A model generated the notes under the pieces. That model saw nothing but the letters and a program-made list of their open reading frames with translations, was not told where the DNA came from and did not search any database. From Mobula hypostoma (lineage: Eukaryota): a stretch of DNA of 64,000 nt. Below, one piece after another: positions 22,400-35,899 of the stretch. Numbering within the stretch: the stretch's first letter is position 1; every line of letters begins with the position of its first letter. Location: positions 23,126,001 to 23,190,000 of the forward strand of contig NC_086106.1 of the NCBI RefSeq assembly GCF_963921235.1, written 5' to 3'. Made by a program: the position numbers and the translations under genes.

Positions 22400-24036
22400 G
22401 AGGAAATCATGGAGAGGGATTTTAGCAAACAGCGCACAAAGCTGACAAACACGAACATTAGGGTAGCCGTCACTGGATTACTGTCTGTGCCATATGGCAG
22501 TGAGTGTATATATAGAATGATTGTCAGATGAATACGTGGCGGAAGAACAAATCAGGGGCAGGGGTTCAGATGTATTGATCACTGGGATCTCCTGTGTAAA
22601 GTATAGCCTCTGAAAATCGGGCGGATTGCATCGAAGCTTCTGCGATACAATATCGTTGCGGGAAGGTGGAATACAATTAATTTACGAGCGGGTTGTGAGC
22701 CTGAGTGATATTGCTGAATGAAAGTGATTTAGTTTGCAAACCAAGACAATAAGTATTAGAATGCTAAGTAAGAGGAGTATAATGATGGGGCAAAATGCCA
22801 ACAACAGGATGAGTTACAATGTAAAAAGTGTGCAAATTGTTTAAACAGCAGGTGAATCCAGTGCTGAGTTTTTATATTTGAAATCGCATAGTATATGGAA
22901 TAAGGAACGCAGCAACATTACACATATGCATATATGATGTTGTAGGCATTACTGAATCAGGGTTGAGAGAAGATTATATCTGGGAGCTTACTGACCGTGG
23001 ATAAAATTGTATCGAAAAGACAGGCAAGAAAAGATCCGGGTTAGCATTGCTCTGTGGGTAAAGAAAAAAGAAAGAAGAAATCTTTAGGGGAAGGTGAGAA
23101 GGGGATGGGATGTTTGAATGATTGCGGGTAAAGCTAAGGAACTGCAACGGTAAAAAAAAATAGAGCAAACGGAACAAAAGTCCTAACTATTGTTATACAG
23201 ACACCCAAACAATAGCTTAGATGTGGTTTACAAATAACAACTAGAGATAGAAAGTACATGACAAATGTGCAATAGTTTAGAGCTCGATTCCAGGATGGAA
23301 AAAAAAAATCGAGAATGCCTGCGATATAGGATTCTTAGACCACTTCCTTGTTGAGTCAAAAGGTATCAGATATACTGGACTGAGCGTGATAGAATGACAC
23401 GGAATGAACTGGAGAGCTTAAAGGCAAAGAAACATTAGGGGAAAGTGAACACTGTACGACCTTGTCAACCATAAATTTTAAGGAGAATCTAAAGTCAGAT
23501 GTATCATTCTTACGGTTGAGTGAGGCACTGTAGAGCGGCATGAGAAAGATGAGAGGCGATACCGTCAGAGATGATTGGGAAAAAAAACGTATTAGCACCG
23601 ACGACGGCAAGGCATTAATGGCTGGCATTCTGAATCTCAGAAAACACATAATATGTTCAAGCCCAGGAAGAAGTGTTCTAAACGCAAGATAACCCAGCCA
23701 CAGCTAACAACAGAAGTCAAAGCCAACACAAAAGCCTAAGAGATGGCATATAATAATACAAGAATTATTGGAAAACTGGAGGAATAAGAGGTTTTCAAAT
23801 ATCAACAAAAGACAACCAAATTGGCATTAAGAATGTAAAGGTGGGACCGGCTGGTAGTGCAACGACGTCAGCGCCGGACCCAGGAGCGGAGGGTTCGTGG
23901 TTCGAAGCTGGTCGAGTGCGCTTTCGAGTACGCTTTCCATCCGTGCAGGGTTGAGAGTCCAGATCGCAACTCGGCCTCGTAAAATAAAGGTAAAATACAA
24001 CGAATAAATCTGTGTGAGGAGTGGCGCGCCCCACAG

Positions 24037-24075
<39 letters not shown>

Positions 24076-24340
24076 ACGCCTTATGAAATTCATCATCACG
24101 GACGAACGCACGCACGGACAAGCAGACGCACACGCACACGCACAGATGCGCAGGCACGCAAACGCAGGCACACACGAACAGACTTGCACGCAGCGCAGGC
24201 ACACCACACCCCAGCAAAAAAAAAAGAATGTAAAGGTGGTATATCAAAGCAAACCAGAGAATAATATTAAACAGATTACTGAAAGTTTCTTCTGATAACT
24301 AAAGTATAACAGAAAGTGTACAATGCGTAGAGGCTTATCC
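22400..24340 (+). mobile_element. Decayed CR1 (ORF1 end and endonuclease), interrupted by a SINE
   Basis: Remnants of YDVVGITES and GVALW-type endonuclease motifs and the CR1 tether region. Confidence 0.55.
23845..24223 (+). mobile_element. tRNA-derived SINE with simple-repeat body and A10 tail
   Basis: 16-bp TSD AAGAATGTAAAGGTGG (23829-23844 and 24224-24239). B box GGTTCGAAGC at 23899-23908 and an A-box-like motif near 23852. (CT)15 at 24040-24070 and GCAC/ACGC repeats. Confidence 0.85.
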
Positions 24341-24479
24341 GGCGCTAGTAAAATGCTTACATTTGACTGGTAGTGATCCAAAGACATTGTGTTTTGACCA
24401 GTTGTTTTCACGATATATGCTAATTACTGCATTTCGAAATAATGGCTTTGTAGCAAACTTTGCAGACGATACGTAGTCT

Positions 24480-25485
24480 GGAAGAGTGGCAGGTAATTTT
24501 CCAGAAGTCGATTTGCTAAGTGGCATGATCTCCGGGGTGGCGCTGGGTGCGCAGCTAATGCCCCCAAACAACTCTCACCCGCGTCCTCCTGGCAGGCCAC
24601 CATGCGCCTCCTCACCAGCAGGGTGTTGGTGCCCTCCAGAAACGCATCACAACCCGTCGCACCAGGGTCCGTTCACATCAGTATTAACGATTCACGACCC
24701 TCTGACACCCACACATTGGCCTGCAACAGCGCCAGTTACACTGACCAATAACTGCCACCCGGACAATTACTGTCACTGCTACGCCAAATCTCCAGTTCCC
24801 TTACTATTGTCAAAGATGAATGCACTGCAAGCAATTTAGTTGCCGCCATAGCCGGAAAGATGCACTGACAAATTTCCACCGATCACCTGACACCGATATG
24901 GAGGTGTTGTTTGTCACTTCTAGTCGAATGAATTGCAATTCCCTACGCTTTCAGATTGCTGGCAGCTCTCACTACGGGGTAATTGACCCTAACAGTTCAA
25001 CAACCGTCACAAGCCCGGCTGCTCAAACTTTCAACCAATCCCTTCCGCTCTTCCGCAACCGAGCATTGCCACTCATATAACAAACTGAGAGATCCGTTCA
25101 GCCCACGTCTAGTACGCCTTCGGCCCTTCCCACCTGATAGTATGGACAGCCCCTGGCCCCGCCTCACCCGGGGCACCAATACACAATGCCAATCCCACCT
25201 CTCTGACGTCAGCGCAAGCTCGTGCTGAAGCTAGGACCGAGCCCGCCATTTTATCCAACTCTTGTGCCATAGTGTCAACTTCGCCATCAGCGGAAACCAG
25301 ACTCAAAAATCGTATTAGCAATTCATGCAGGGTAGGAATATTCACCTCACCTAGCCCGTTACTCACCGCAATCCCACAGAGGCAGACATCACTAACCGCA
25401 ATCCCACAGGGACACACCAGCACCGATTTCAATAGGGCAATCATACAGCACCCCACTGAATCAAATCGACGGTGGAAGCCACACC
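24480..25485 (-). mobile_element. Gypsy internal remnant X (PNMA-like gag, post-protease linker), internally deleted
   Basis: IPTLHELLIRFLSLV..CIGAPGEAGPGAVH (gag N-terminus) and LYEWQCS..LVESLS (PNMA-like core). About 75-80% similar by eye to 27690-28470. Confidence 0.75.
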
Positions 25486-26092
25486 TGTAACACTCGCTTT
25501 GCCAAGTGGCGTGATCTTGGGGGTAGCGCCCCGTGCCCGACCAAACCTTAGCACTCTTGTTTGGCTGGAGGCTGCGTGTTGTGCTCCCTGTTTAACATCA
25601 GTACCCCGAAATAACATTCAGACCACAATGTGCCGTTAACCGATTAAGATTTTATATTTATGTATGTGGTTAGGAGAGAAAGAAAAGAAAAGGAAAACAA
25701 ATAAAAGGCGCCAATAAACTCAGAAAACCTGTCCAGTGCACAAACATTTGAGCTCACGGATTTCCTTTCGCTGATCCTCCTTCACTAGCAGTCGATCCAG
25801 GGCTTCCGCCCCGAGCCCAGGCCCAGCGGGTTCGGCACCCGTCTCCTCAATCCACCTTTTCTCTCTTCATCCTGTTCGCGCTTCCTCCCCCATGCCCGCG
25901 CAAACTAACAGCTTACACACAAACAGAAAGAATAACATCTATCCCAATTAGTTAGCAAACGAATGCGAGTCCACTTATCACTAATTATAATCCAAACATG
26001 CTGCTACAGAGAACATTACCTCGTCAGTTAAAGTTACAGATAAACCATTTTATTAGCCTTAGCAAGTAACATGAAAGGAGAAACGCCTTACA
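25486..26092 (-). repeat. LTR shared between Gypsy copies Y (upstream) and X (downstream), 607 bp
   Basis: Minus strand tgtaaggcg...gagtgttaca (TG...CA), preceded by the pol 3' tail of Y and followed by the gag of X. Confidence 0.65.
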
Positions 26093-28470
26093 GTCTCCAG
26101 CTACACAATTTAGTGATGTCCTCATGACTTCTGAATAACTCTCAACCCCTTCCTGCAGACAAAAAAAGAACATTCTAATTACAGAACAGTGACATTGTTT
26201 CCCAAAGAGTAGACCTAACGCCCTGTTCCTCATGTACCACTTAGGCCAACCTCTTTGGGAGTTTCCTTATCCTCCGAGACTTCCGTACCCCCTCACCTAC
26301 ACCCTTCAGACTCGGAAACTACTGGGAGTACTCTGGGTCGGCTTGCCAAATCCTCTCTCAATCTCTCACTCATGCTCCACACTGCAACTCGGAGCTCCCT
26401 GTCCCGTGTCCAGGGGCCCTCGACTTTTCCTTCAGGGTCCTGCTGTAACCGGGATGCCCAGACACACCCCTCCTCACTACCCCTGACTCATTGGGAGAAA
26501 TGGCAAATATATCTTCACGATGTGGGCATGTACCAAATATCCAGCACATCATCCTTCTAATACTTATTCTTCCCCATTTTCTCGATTGTTAGCTGCTGGT
26601 TGATTTTCTTCCAACTGAAGCATTTACCCTGGGCTGCCTCTGCAGCCACTTCAGCCTCCTGCAAACGAGACGTCAGCTTCTTCTTTCACTCCTCTGCCTC
26701 CACCCGCAGACGCAGAAGTTCGGATCACGCTTCGTGTTCATCTCCATCTAGGACACAATAACACCACCAGCTCCTTCTAATCTGTTCTGGGTCGATTTCT
26801 TGAGTTGGTCATTGCTTCGTCTCTCTGGATTAATTCATCAGTAAATGACCGCAGTTTCGGCTCGGAATTCGGTTTCGCCGTCTCCTCTGCGAAGAGCGTG
26901 GACTCCCATTGTTCAATGGTTGTCAAAAATTGCAGCACTAGGTCTCCTGCATTTCTGAGCGTTCAAATGAGCGGTGCAAATGTCCTCACTCAGAAGCTGC
27001 GTCCTTCTTCAGAAATGGCACTGGTCCAAAGAAAAGTTTACTTCGTGAATCCCTAGTCGCCCTGGATCCCTCAGTCGCTTCGCTTCAAAGTTTTCCAAGG
27101 CGAATCCCAATGCTAAGAGATCATCCAAATACAGCAAAACTCCAAACACCTCCACGCCCCACATGGTCTTCCTCATGCCCCGCGGGCAGGTTGCAGGGGC
27201 TCCGGATATGCCCTTTGGCATACTTTCGGACCGGAAGAATCCTACGGGATCTATAAAGGCGGTCTTCATGTCGGCCTTCATCTTCACTTGTCGGCCTCAC
27301 TCATCGGAGTCTGGCAACATCCACTCTTCAAATCCAGCACATTACACCACGTCGCACCGCTGTGACAGACCATAGCGCCTTAGGTACTTAGGACCGTATA
27401 CTGGTCAATAACGGTGCTCCTGTTCAGAGTCCTATAATCCACACACATATTCTGCATATGATTTCCACGGCAGCAGTGGCCTGTCGCAGTAGACGCTCTC
27501 TCACTGACCTATCTTCAGCGTGAACTCTTCTCCCTGTGGTATATCGGAGCTTCTACAAAGTGGGTCTCACCCTCAGATACTTCCCCCGTGCCGAAAAGCC
27601 ACCGGCTCTCGTTTAAATTTGGTACCGGCCCTGTGCTGCTACACACGTCCCCACAAGGAGCTCTAAACACTGGGTGCACAGAAAATGCCCCCAAACAGCT
27701 CTCACCCGCCTCCACCAGGCAGGCCCACATGCGCCTCCTCACCAGCAGGATGTTGGTTCCCTCCAGGATCGAAACACTACCCGTCGCACCAGGGTCCGTT
27801 CACATCAGCATTCACAATTCACGACCCTCTGACACACATGCATTGTCCTCCAAGAGCTCCAGTTTCACTGACCAATAACCGTATTTTGGATAATCACTGG
27901 CACAAGTACCCCAAATCTCTGGTGCCCATGAACTGTACAACAACTTGATCTGCGCCCCAACGTCGAGGATGACTTTAGCATAGCTTCCATCTATCCGGAA
28001 CGACAACCGTGGAGTGGTCCCTCTAAGCCTTCAGGAATAGGGTTTTTCCTTTCGGGAGTTACTTGGTACATTGCTGGGAACATGCTCCCCCAGAGTCCCC
28101 AAGCCGTTCCCCCACTGGGCCTCTATTAAGTTTCCCAACACCTCTATGATCAGCTGAACAACTGAGTGAGGGGCTGATCACTTTAATGGATTCTCCCGGC
28201 ACTGCAAGCAATTTAGCTGCTCCCCCCACCCCGCAGCCGGAGAGACACACTAAAAACGTTCACCAATCTCCTGACACCGGTATGCAGGTGCTGAATGTTA
28301 CTTCCAGAGGAATCAAATGCATGTTCCCACGCTCCGAGATAGCTGGCAGCTGTCACTACGGGGTAACTGACACTGACAGTTCTAACACCATCACAAGCCC
28401 GCCTACTCAAACTTTCAACCAATCCCTGCCCTTTTCGCACAACCGCCCACTGCCACTCATATAACACCAC
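26093..28470 (-). mobile_element. Gypsy internal remnant Y: gag core, protease, RT, myosin-like insert, 3' tail
   Basis: LYEWQWAVV..LVESLS (gag); AKVILDVGAQ..IWG..DYP..GY.SVKLE (protease); KTAFIDPVGFF..MPKGISGAPAT..LYLDDL (RT); VRKSRRIRKLPKRLA (typical pol C-terminal tail) near 26290-26245. Confidence 0.82.
26581..26985 (-). pseudogene. Intronless fragments of a sarcomeric myosin heavy chain rod (MYH/MYH16-like) inside Gypsy Y
   Basis: Minus strand: IEQWESTL..E..K..SEPKLRSFTDEL..RDE (26917-26805), RLEGAGGVIVS*MEMNTKRD.ELLRLRVEAEE (26783-26689), KKKLTSRLQEAEVAAEAAQGKCFSWKKINQQLTIE (26685-26581). These are colinear with three separate myosin rod regions. Confidence 0.78.
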
Positions 28471-28619
28471 CAAAAATATGTGGATAAATGGGTACCGGGA
28501 AAAAAAAATGTTGGTAGTCAACCTCGCGATAGACTGGCGTTTCATGCAGGGGAGGGAGTGGAGTCTTGTACTCTCAGTTGCTTCACGGCAGCCTGATGAG
28601 CCACAAAGGTTCGGGCTAG

Positions 28620-29600
28620 GACTTTGATTGTGTACTTCCGACAGCCCCCCATACTATCCACAGACCACGCAACGTCTGTGTCATCAGCAAATTTACTAAC
28701 CCATCCTTCCACTTCCTCATCCAGGTCATTTATAAAAATTACAAACAGTAGTGGTCCGAGAACAGATCCCTGAGGCACACCACTGGTCATAGGCCTCCAT
28801 GCAGAATATGACCCGTCTTCAACTACTCTTTGCCTTCTGCGGGCAAGCCAGTTCTGTATCGACAAAACAATGCCTCCTTCGATTCCATGCCGCCTTAGTT
28901 TCTCAATAAGTCTTGCATTGGGTACCCTATCAAATACCTAGCTAGAATCCATATATACTACATCTACGTCTCTACCTTCATCGATGTGCTTAGTGACATC
29001 CTTAAATATTTAATCAGGCTCATAAGGCATGACCTACCTTTGAAAAAGCCATGTCGACTATTCCTCATCAAATTATTCCGCAGCAAATGTGTATAATCCA
29101 TGCCTCTGAGAATCTTCTCCATCAATTTACCAACCACTGAAGTAAGACTCACTGCCGTATAATTTCCCGGGCTATCCCTATTCACTTCCTTGAATAAGGG
29201 AAGAACAGCCACAACCCTCAAATTCTCCGGAACCTCTCCAGTCTTCATTAATGATGCAAAGATCATTGCCAGAGTCTCAACATTCTCCTCCCTCGCTTTC
29301 CACTGTAGTATGGGGTTCATCCCATTCGTTCCTGGTGACATATCCAACTCGATGCTTTCCAAAAGCTTCAGCACATATTTTTTTAATATCTACATTCTCA
29401 AGCTTTTCACTCCACTGCAAGTCATCCCTACAATCGCCAAGATCCTTCTCAATAGTGACCATTGATGCAAAGTATTAATTAAATTTCTCCACTATTTCCT
29501 CCGGTTCCATACACACTTTACCATTGTCACACTTAATTGATCCTATTCTCTTACGTCTTATCCTCTTGCTCTTCACATAGCAGTAGAATGCCTTGGAGTT
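28620..29600 (-). mobile_element. CR1 LINE fragment (tether and RT)
   Basis: [29 protein letters not shown]; PGNYTAVSLTSVVGK. Confidence 0.88.
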
Positions 29601-29606
29601 TTCCAT

Positions 29607-31570
29607 AAAGGCCATCTCAAACCCTACCTCCCATATAAGCCCCCACCTTCAATTCCTCCATATACCTGTCTAGTAGTCTCTTAAACTTCACTAGTGTATC
29701 TGCCTCCACCACTGACTCAGGCAGTGCATTCCAGGCACCAACCACTCTCTGAGTAAAAAAAAACTTCCTCTAATATCCCCCTTGAACTTCCCACCCCTTA
29801 CCTTAAAGCCATGTCCTCTTGTATTGAGCAGTGGTACCCTGGGGAAGAGGCGCTGGCTATCCACTCTATGTTTTCCTCTTATTCTCTTGCACACCTCTAT
29901 CATGTCTCGTCTCATCCTCCTTCTCTCCAAAGAGTAAAGCAGTAGCTCCCTTAATCTCTGATCATAATGCATACTCTCTAAACCAGGCAGCATCCTGGTA
30001 AATCTCCTCTGTACCCTTTCCAATGCTTCCACATCCTTCCTATAGTGAGGTGACCAGAACTGGACACAGTACTCCAGGTGTGGCCTAACCATAGTTTTAT
30101 AGAGATGCATCATTACATCGCGACTGTTAAACTCTATCCCTCGACTTATGAAATCTAACACCACATAAGCTTTCTTAACTACCCTATCCACCTGTGAGGT
30201 AACTTTCAGGGATCTGTGGACATGTACTCCTGGATCCCTCTGCTCCTCCACACTACCATGTATCCTACCATTGACTTTGTACTTTGCCTTGGAGTTTGAC
30301 CTTCCAAAGTGTACCATCTCACACTTCCCTGGGTTGAACTCCATCTGCCACTTCTCAGCCCACTCCTGCATCCTATCAGTGTCTCTCTGCAATCTTTGAA
30401 AATCCTCTAAACTATCTACAACACCACCAACCTTTGTGTCGCCTGCAAACTCTCCAACCCACCCTTCTACCCCCACATCCAGGTCGTTAATAAAAATCAC
30501 GAGAAGTAGTGGTCCCAGAACAGATCCTTGTGGACACCACTAGTTACAATCCTCCAATCTGAATGTACTCCCTCCACCACCACCCTCTGCCTTCTGCAGG
30601 CAAGCCAATTCTGAATCCATCTGGCCAAACTTCACTGCATCCCATGCCTTCTAACTTTCTGAATAAACCTACCGTGTGGAACCTTGTCAAATGCCTTACT
30701 AAAATCCATATAGTTCACATCCACTGCACTACCCTAATCTATATGCCTGGTCACCTCCTCAAAGAACTCTATCAGGCTTGTTAGACACGATCTGCCCTTC
30801 ACAAAGCCATGCTGACTGTCCCTAATCAGACGATGATTCTCTACATGTCTATAGATCCTATCTCTAAGAATATTTTCCAACAGCTGTCCTACCACAGACG
30901 TAAGGCTCACTGGTCTATAATTACCCGGACTATCCCTACTAAGTTTTTTGAACAAGGGGACAACATTCCCCTCCCTCCAATCCTCCGGTACCATTCCCGT
31001 GGACAACGAGCACATAAAGATCCTAGCCAGAGGCTCAGCAATCTCTTCTCTCGCCTCGTGGATCAGCCTGGGGAATATTCCGTCAGGTCCCGGGGACTTA
31101 TCTGTTTTAATGTATTTTAACAACTCCATCACCTCCACTCCCTTAATATCAACATGCTCCAAAACATCAACCTCACTCATATTGTCCTCACCATCATCAA
31201 GTACCCTCTCATCGTGATTACCGAAGAGAAGTATTCATTGAGAACCTCGCTCACTTCCGCAGCCTCCAGACACATCTTCGCACCTTTATCTCTAATCGGT
31301 CCTACCTTCACTCCTGTCATTCTTTTTTTCTTCACATAATTGAAAAATGCCGTGGGGTTTTCCTTTACCCTACTCTCCAAGGCCTTCTCATGCCCCCTTC
31401 TTGCTCTTCTCAGCCCCTTCATAAGCTCCTTTCTTGCATCCCTATAATCCTCAATAGACCCAACTGATCCTAAACCTCATGCCTGCTGCCTTCTTACACC
31501 TGACTAGATTTTCCACCACACGTCACCATGGTTCCTTCACCCTACCATTCTTTATATTCCTCACCGGGAC
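29607..31570 (-). mobile_element. CR1 LINE fragment (RT to 3' end), terminal tail lost
   Basis: ORFs 30734-31180 (KSPGPDGIFPR..PGNYRPVSLTSVVG..SQHGFVKGRSCLT) and 29691-30500 (269 aa, FINDLD..FAGDT). Confidence 0.92.
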
Positions 31571-31668
31571 AAATGTATCCTGGGTAAATGTGTTCCGGGA
31601 TTTGACTGCTACTTCTGTCCCTTATTTGGGAGCGAGAAGGTATGCAACCGTAACTGTAAAAGGCATGT

Positions 31669-31793
31669 TGAGGAGGGTTTAACCGTACTTGAACATCACC
31701 CTTCCCCCCCTCCCAACCCCCCGGTCGGCTGGTCCGCAAGAATGTTTTCAAAATTGAACAGGTCCGTGATGTAAAAACGGTTGGGGACCCCTG
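31669..31793. mobile_element. Right half of a hAT-type MITE
   Basis: Ends in GGTTGGGGACCCCTG, the inverse of the CAGGGGTCCCCAACC hAT-MITE terminus. The left TIR was not found. Confidence 0.45.
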
Positions 31794-31799
31794 ATCTAG

Positions 31800-34700
31800 C
31801 GACCCCAGTCTTGGAATTACACCACTATTACATTGTTTAAAAAATATTCGCATTTCTTGAGTCTAATTTGTTCAGGGATTAGATCGATCAAGTTATATTC
31901 TGCAAATTTTAATGATATACAAACAGATAAATACACATGGCTAAGGAAAATAAGTAAAAAAAAAATCTTTTAATGTCAATCGGCTGTTGAATCTAGTCAC
32001 GCGCAGTAAAATTCTATCAAAAATGAAAAAAAAGAAAACAAGCCCATGTAGTATATTTACAGCAAAATCACTTAATATGATACTTGATAATGAGCATGGA
32101 GAATTAAAGAAAATGGGCTTCGCTAATTTATTTTACTGCTCATATACATCAGGATATAAAAGAGGAGTTGCTATTCTCATCTCAAGTAAACTACATTTTG
32201 AAAATGTATTCGAAATGGGAGATAAGGAGCGCAGATATATTCTGGTAAGGGGGAATATAGATGGAAATCCAGTTACTTTATTGAATATATACGCACCCCC
32301 AGGAAATGATATTAGTCTCTTCCAGAAAATTACTAATATTGTGGTTACGGAAACAGAAGGTCTCTTGACGTGTGGGGGAGCCCTAAGTTTATATTTAACC
32401 AACGTTGGACTCCTCCAATAGGAAAACTTATCAAACAAAGTCCTTACATAAGAAAGTTAAATCTCTCGTTGAGGATGTTGGATTAATTGATATATGGAGG
32501 GACCTTTCCCTGACAGAAGGGATCACACTCATTACACTCCCTCCCCCCCCCCCCATTCAGTATATACAGGAATAGACTATTTAACAACATTTGGAAACGG
32601 AAGAGACAAAATAATCATCTATGGAATTCGGACAATAGATGTAAGTGACCATGCACCTATGTATTTCTCTTTTGATTTTTACCTACAACCAAAGAATACG
32701 ATATGTAAAATAAATTTAAGTCTACTCAATGATCCCTATTTTAAGGAACAAATTTAAAAAGAAATTGGTCTTTACTTAGAATTCAATGATTCTGAAGAGA
32801 TTTCCCCTCCCATTCTGTGGGATGCTCTGGCGTCTGTCTTAGGGGGGAAAATTATAGTGATATCTTCATATAAGAAAAAAAATATTAGAACATTGCAGAC
32901 ATTTTTAAAAAAGCTGAAAGAACTAGAAACAAATAAACACAAATTGAGTTTGGCGCGGGATACACGAGAAGAAATTTAAAAAAAAAGAATGTAATTAATA
33001 GTTTGGCTGCACAAGAAATTATAAAAAAAAAGTAATGTTTCTCAAACAGATGCACGACGAAAGTGGACCTAAATCTATAAAAAATAATACTGCCGTGGAA
33101 ATTGGAAAATAAAGATAGCAGAAAATACAATTCATTTTAATTAGGGATCCAGGAACAAAAGTGACAAAAATAATCTATGTGAAATTCATGAAGCTTTTGA
33201 AGTGGTTTACAAAGCTCTATATTCCAAAGTTCCAGGAGAGAAACTTAACCCATACCACACCTTCCTGAATTCTTTAGATTTACCCACTTTAAGCACAGAA
33301 CAAAATAGAAAGATGACTTCTCACATAACTGAAGCTGAACTGAAATCTGCCATTAGTAGGCTGAAAATAAGCAAGAAACCAGGAGGCGATAATCTCAGCT
33401 ATATCGAAAGAAGGCAAGGATAAAATGGAATGTGGGTCATTTAGACCAATATTTGTTTTTACTGTGGATTATAGAATATTTACCTCCATCATGGCCAAAC
33501 GATCAGAAGAGTTTCTACTCGTACTGATACATAATGATCAGACAGGTTTCAGACAACAACGCCAAGCACAGGACAATATACGAAGGACACTTCAGATTAT
33601 GGATTATAAAAAAATGAAATTGAAGCAATAGTGGTAAACGTGGACGGTGAAAAATCATTTGATTCGGAAATTGGAATTTTCTCTATAGAGTTTTACATAG
33701 ATGTGTCTACATGACACAAATATTAAAACTATACAGGCATTATACGACAATCCTGAAGCCAGGATTAAAATCAATGGATATCTATCTAATAGTTTTGCCC
33801 TAGAAAGGTGCACGAGACAGGGTTGTGCATGGTCAACGCTACTCTTTGCATTGTATCAGGGACCATTAGCTCAATACATCAGACAAAAGGAATATATCAA
33901 GGGAATTACTATTAAAGGGACAGAGTATAAATTGACCTGTTACGCGGATGACATTTTGATCTATCGATGGCAACCAAAAGACTCTTTACCTAAATTGATG
34001 CAATGCTCTGAACAATATGGCCACTTATCAAGATACAAGATCAACATAGATAAAACCCAACTGCTTCCATATAATTATAGCCCACCAAGAGAAACTGAAA
34101 GTAGATTCACTTGGGCATAGCAAACAAAGTCCGTCAAATATGTGGGCATCATTATGCCAAAAGATTTGGCAAAATTATCAGAAGGCAATTATCATCCAAT
34201 ATATATATATAAAGGAAGATATAACAAGGTGGAACTATTTTTCTTTTTTTTTTGGTCGCAGTTCGAGGATTGAATGTATTAAAAAGAATATACTGCCCAG
34301 ACCACTATATCTTTTTCAGACCCTACCAGTAGTGGTTAAACAAAATCAATTCAATGAATGGAACAAGATGCTATCATTATATATATATGGCAAGGTAAAA
34401 GGCCTAGGGTTCGTCTCAAACCTTTGCAATTCGCCTACGAAACGGGGGGTGGGGCATACTGCCTGTTAGGGACTATTATTTTCAGCAGAGTTGTGCGCTG
34501 TGGTATGCTGGTGCAACCCATCATATGACGCTCAATGAAAAAAAAAACATTGAGGAGAGGATATTTTCCATCCCCGTACAGGCACTTCTGGCTGATAACA
34601 ACCTACAAAATTACATAAATAATATTGACAACCCGTGGCTGAAATGGACTCTTAAAATATGAAAAAAAATTATAAAAGAATATAAACTAGTGAGAAACAT

Positions 34701-35856
34701 TGCAAGTATTAAATTGTGTGCATATGACTTGGATTTTATGCCGAATAAACTGGATGCTAGATTTAACGAATGAACTGCTGAAGGGATGACAGCTTTTTGC
34801 AATATAACGAAAGAAGGAACACTGTTCAGTTTTGAAATGCTCAAAGAGAAACTCATATTCTAAAAACAGGACTTTTAACGGTATTTACAGATGCGACAGT
34901 ATGTTAACAGGACCGTTAAGAATGTAACCAAGGCAATTACATGTCTGATACAGCTGTTTAGACAACGATATAATTCAGACAACGATAGTAAAATCGTTTC
35001 AAGACTTTATAAAGGTTTGCCAAATCTTAAAACACATTCGACTGCATACATTAAAACAAAATGGGGGAAGGAAGGAGGGATAATAATCTCTGAGGAGGAA
35101 TGGACAATAATATGGAGGTATCAATGGAAGTGTACCAGTTCACAGAAATGGAGGGAGTTCTTCCGGAAAGACTTGATAAGATGTTTTATTACACCCTCTC
35201 AGAAATCCCATTATGATAATAACCCCCCTGTTTCCTGGATAAATTGTGGAAATCAAAATGCAAACCATTATCATATTTTCTGGGAATGCCCCGTTATCAA
35301 CGCTATTGGAGCGGGAAACATTATACCCTACAAGAAATACCGTTAGAGAGTAAGATCATATATGTTGGCTATATAACTCAAGAATGGTTGAAAAGAGATA
35401 AATATTTAATGAATATACTGCTGGTGGCTGGTAAAAAGAACCGAACCAGGAAATGGTTATCACAGAAGAGCATAACTCTAAATGTATGAATGGAAATTAC
35501 AGTAGGCATTTACAAAATGGAGAAGATAACAGCATTTGTTAATCATAAGTTGGAACAATTTTATTCATACTGGAAAAATTGTTTACCTACATAACAAATC
35601 ATAGGCCCGATTTTATTCTCACAAGTCAACGAATATGTCGTAAAAATATATATATCACTCCCTACTAAGTAAATAGTTCTCTTCTTTCTATTGTTCTTTC
35701 TTTCCTCTCCTTTCTATAAATGTATACCTTATATAAATATTGTTTGGAGATTTATGACAAATAAGATTATAGGATATATATGTACAGTATCTGCAATACA
35801 TCTTATGGAAATGTTTGTTTGATGATGCAATTCAATAAAAAATAAATTACAAAAAA
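31800..35856 (+). mobile_element. L1-clade LINE, near-complete ORF2 pseudogene with 3' UTR and A-rich tail
   Basis: APE endonuclease SFNVN...KRGVAILIS..LLNIYAPPG; [25 protein letters not shown]; C-terminal CGNQNANHYHIFWECP; AATAAA at 35834 then an A-rich tail. Many frameshifts. Confidence 0.92.
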
Positions 35857-35899
35857 GAGAGAAAACTAGCATAGATTTTTTGAACGAAATCATAATTAC

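Noticed and set aside
23845-23915. tRNA gene
   Set aside because: Only A/B-box-like motifs with no cloverleaf; it is flanked by TSD and poly(A), so it is a SINE head.
28592-28630. CTGATGAG as a hammerhead core
   Set aside because: No GAAA or stem architecture follows.
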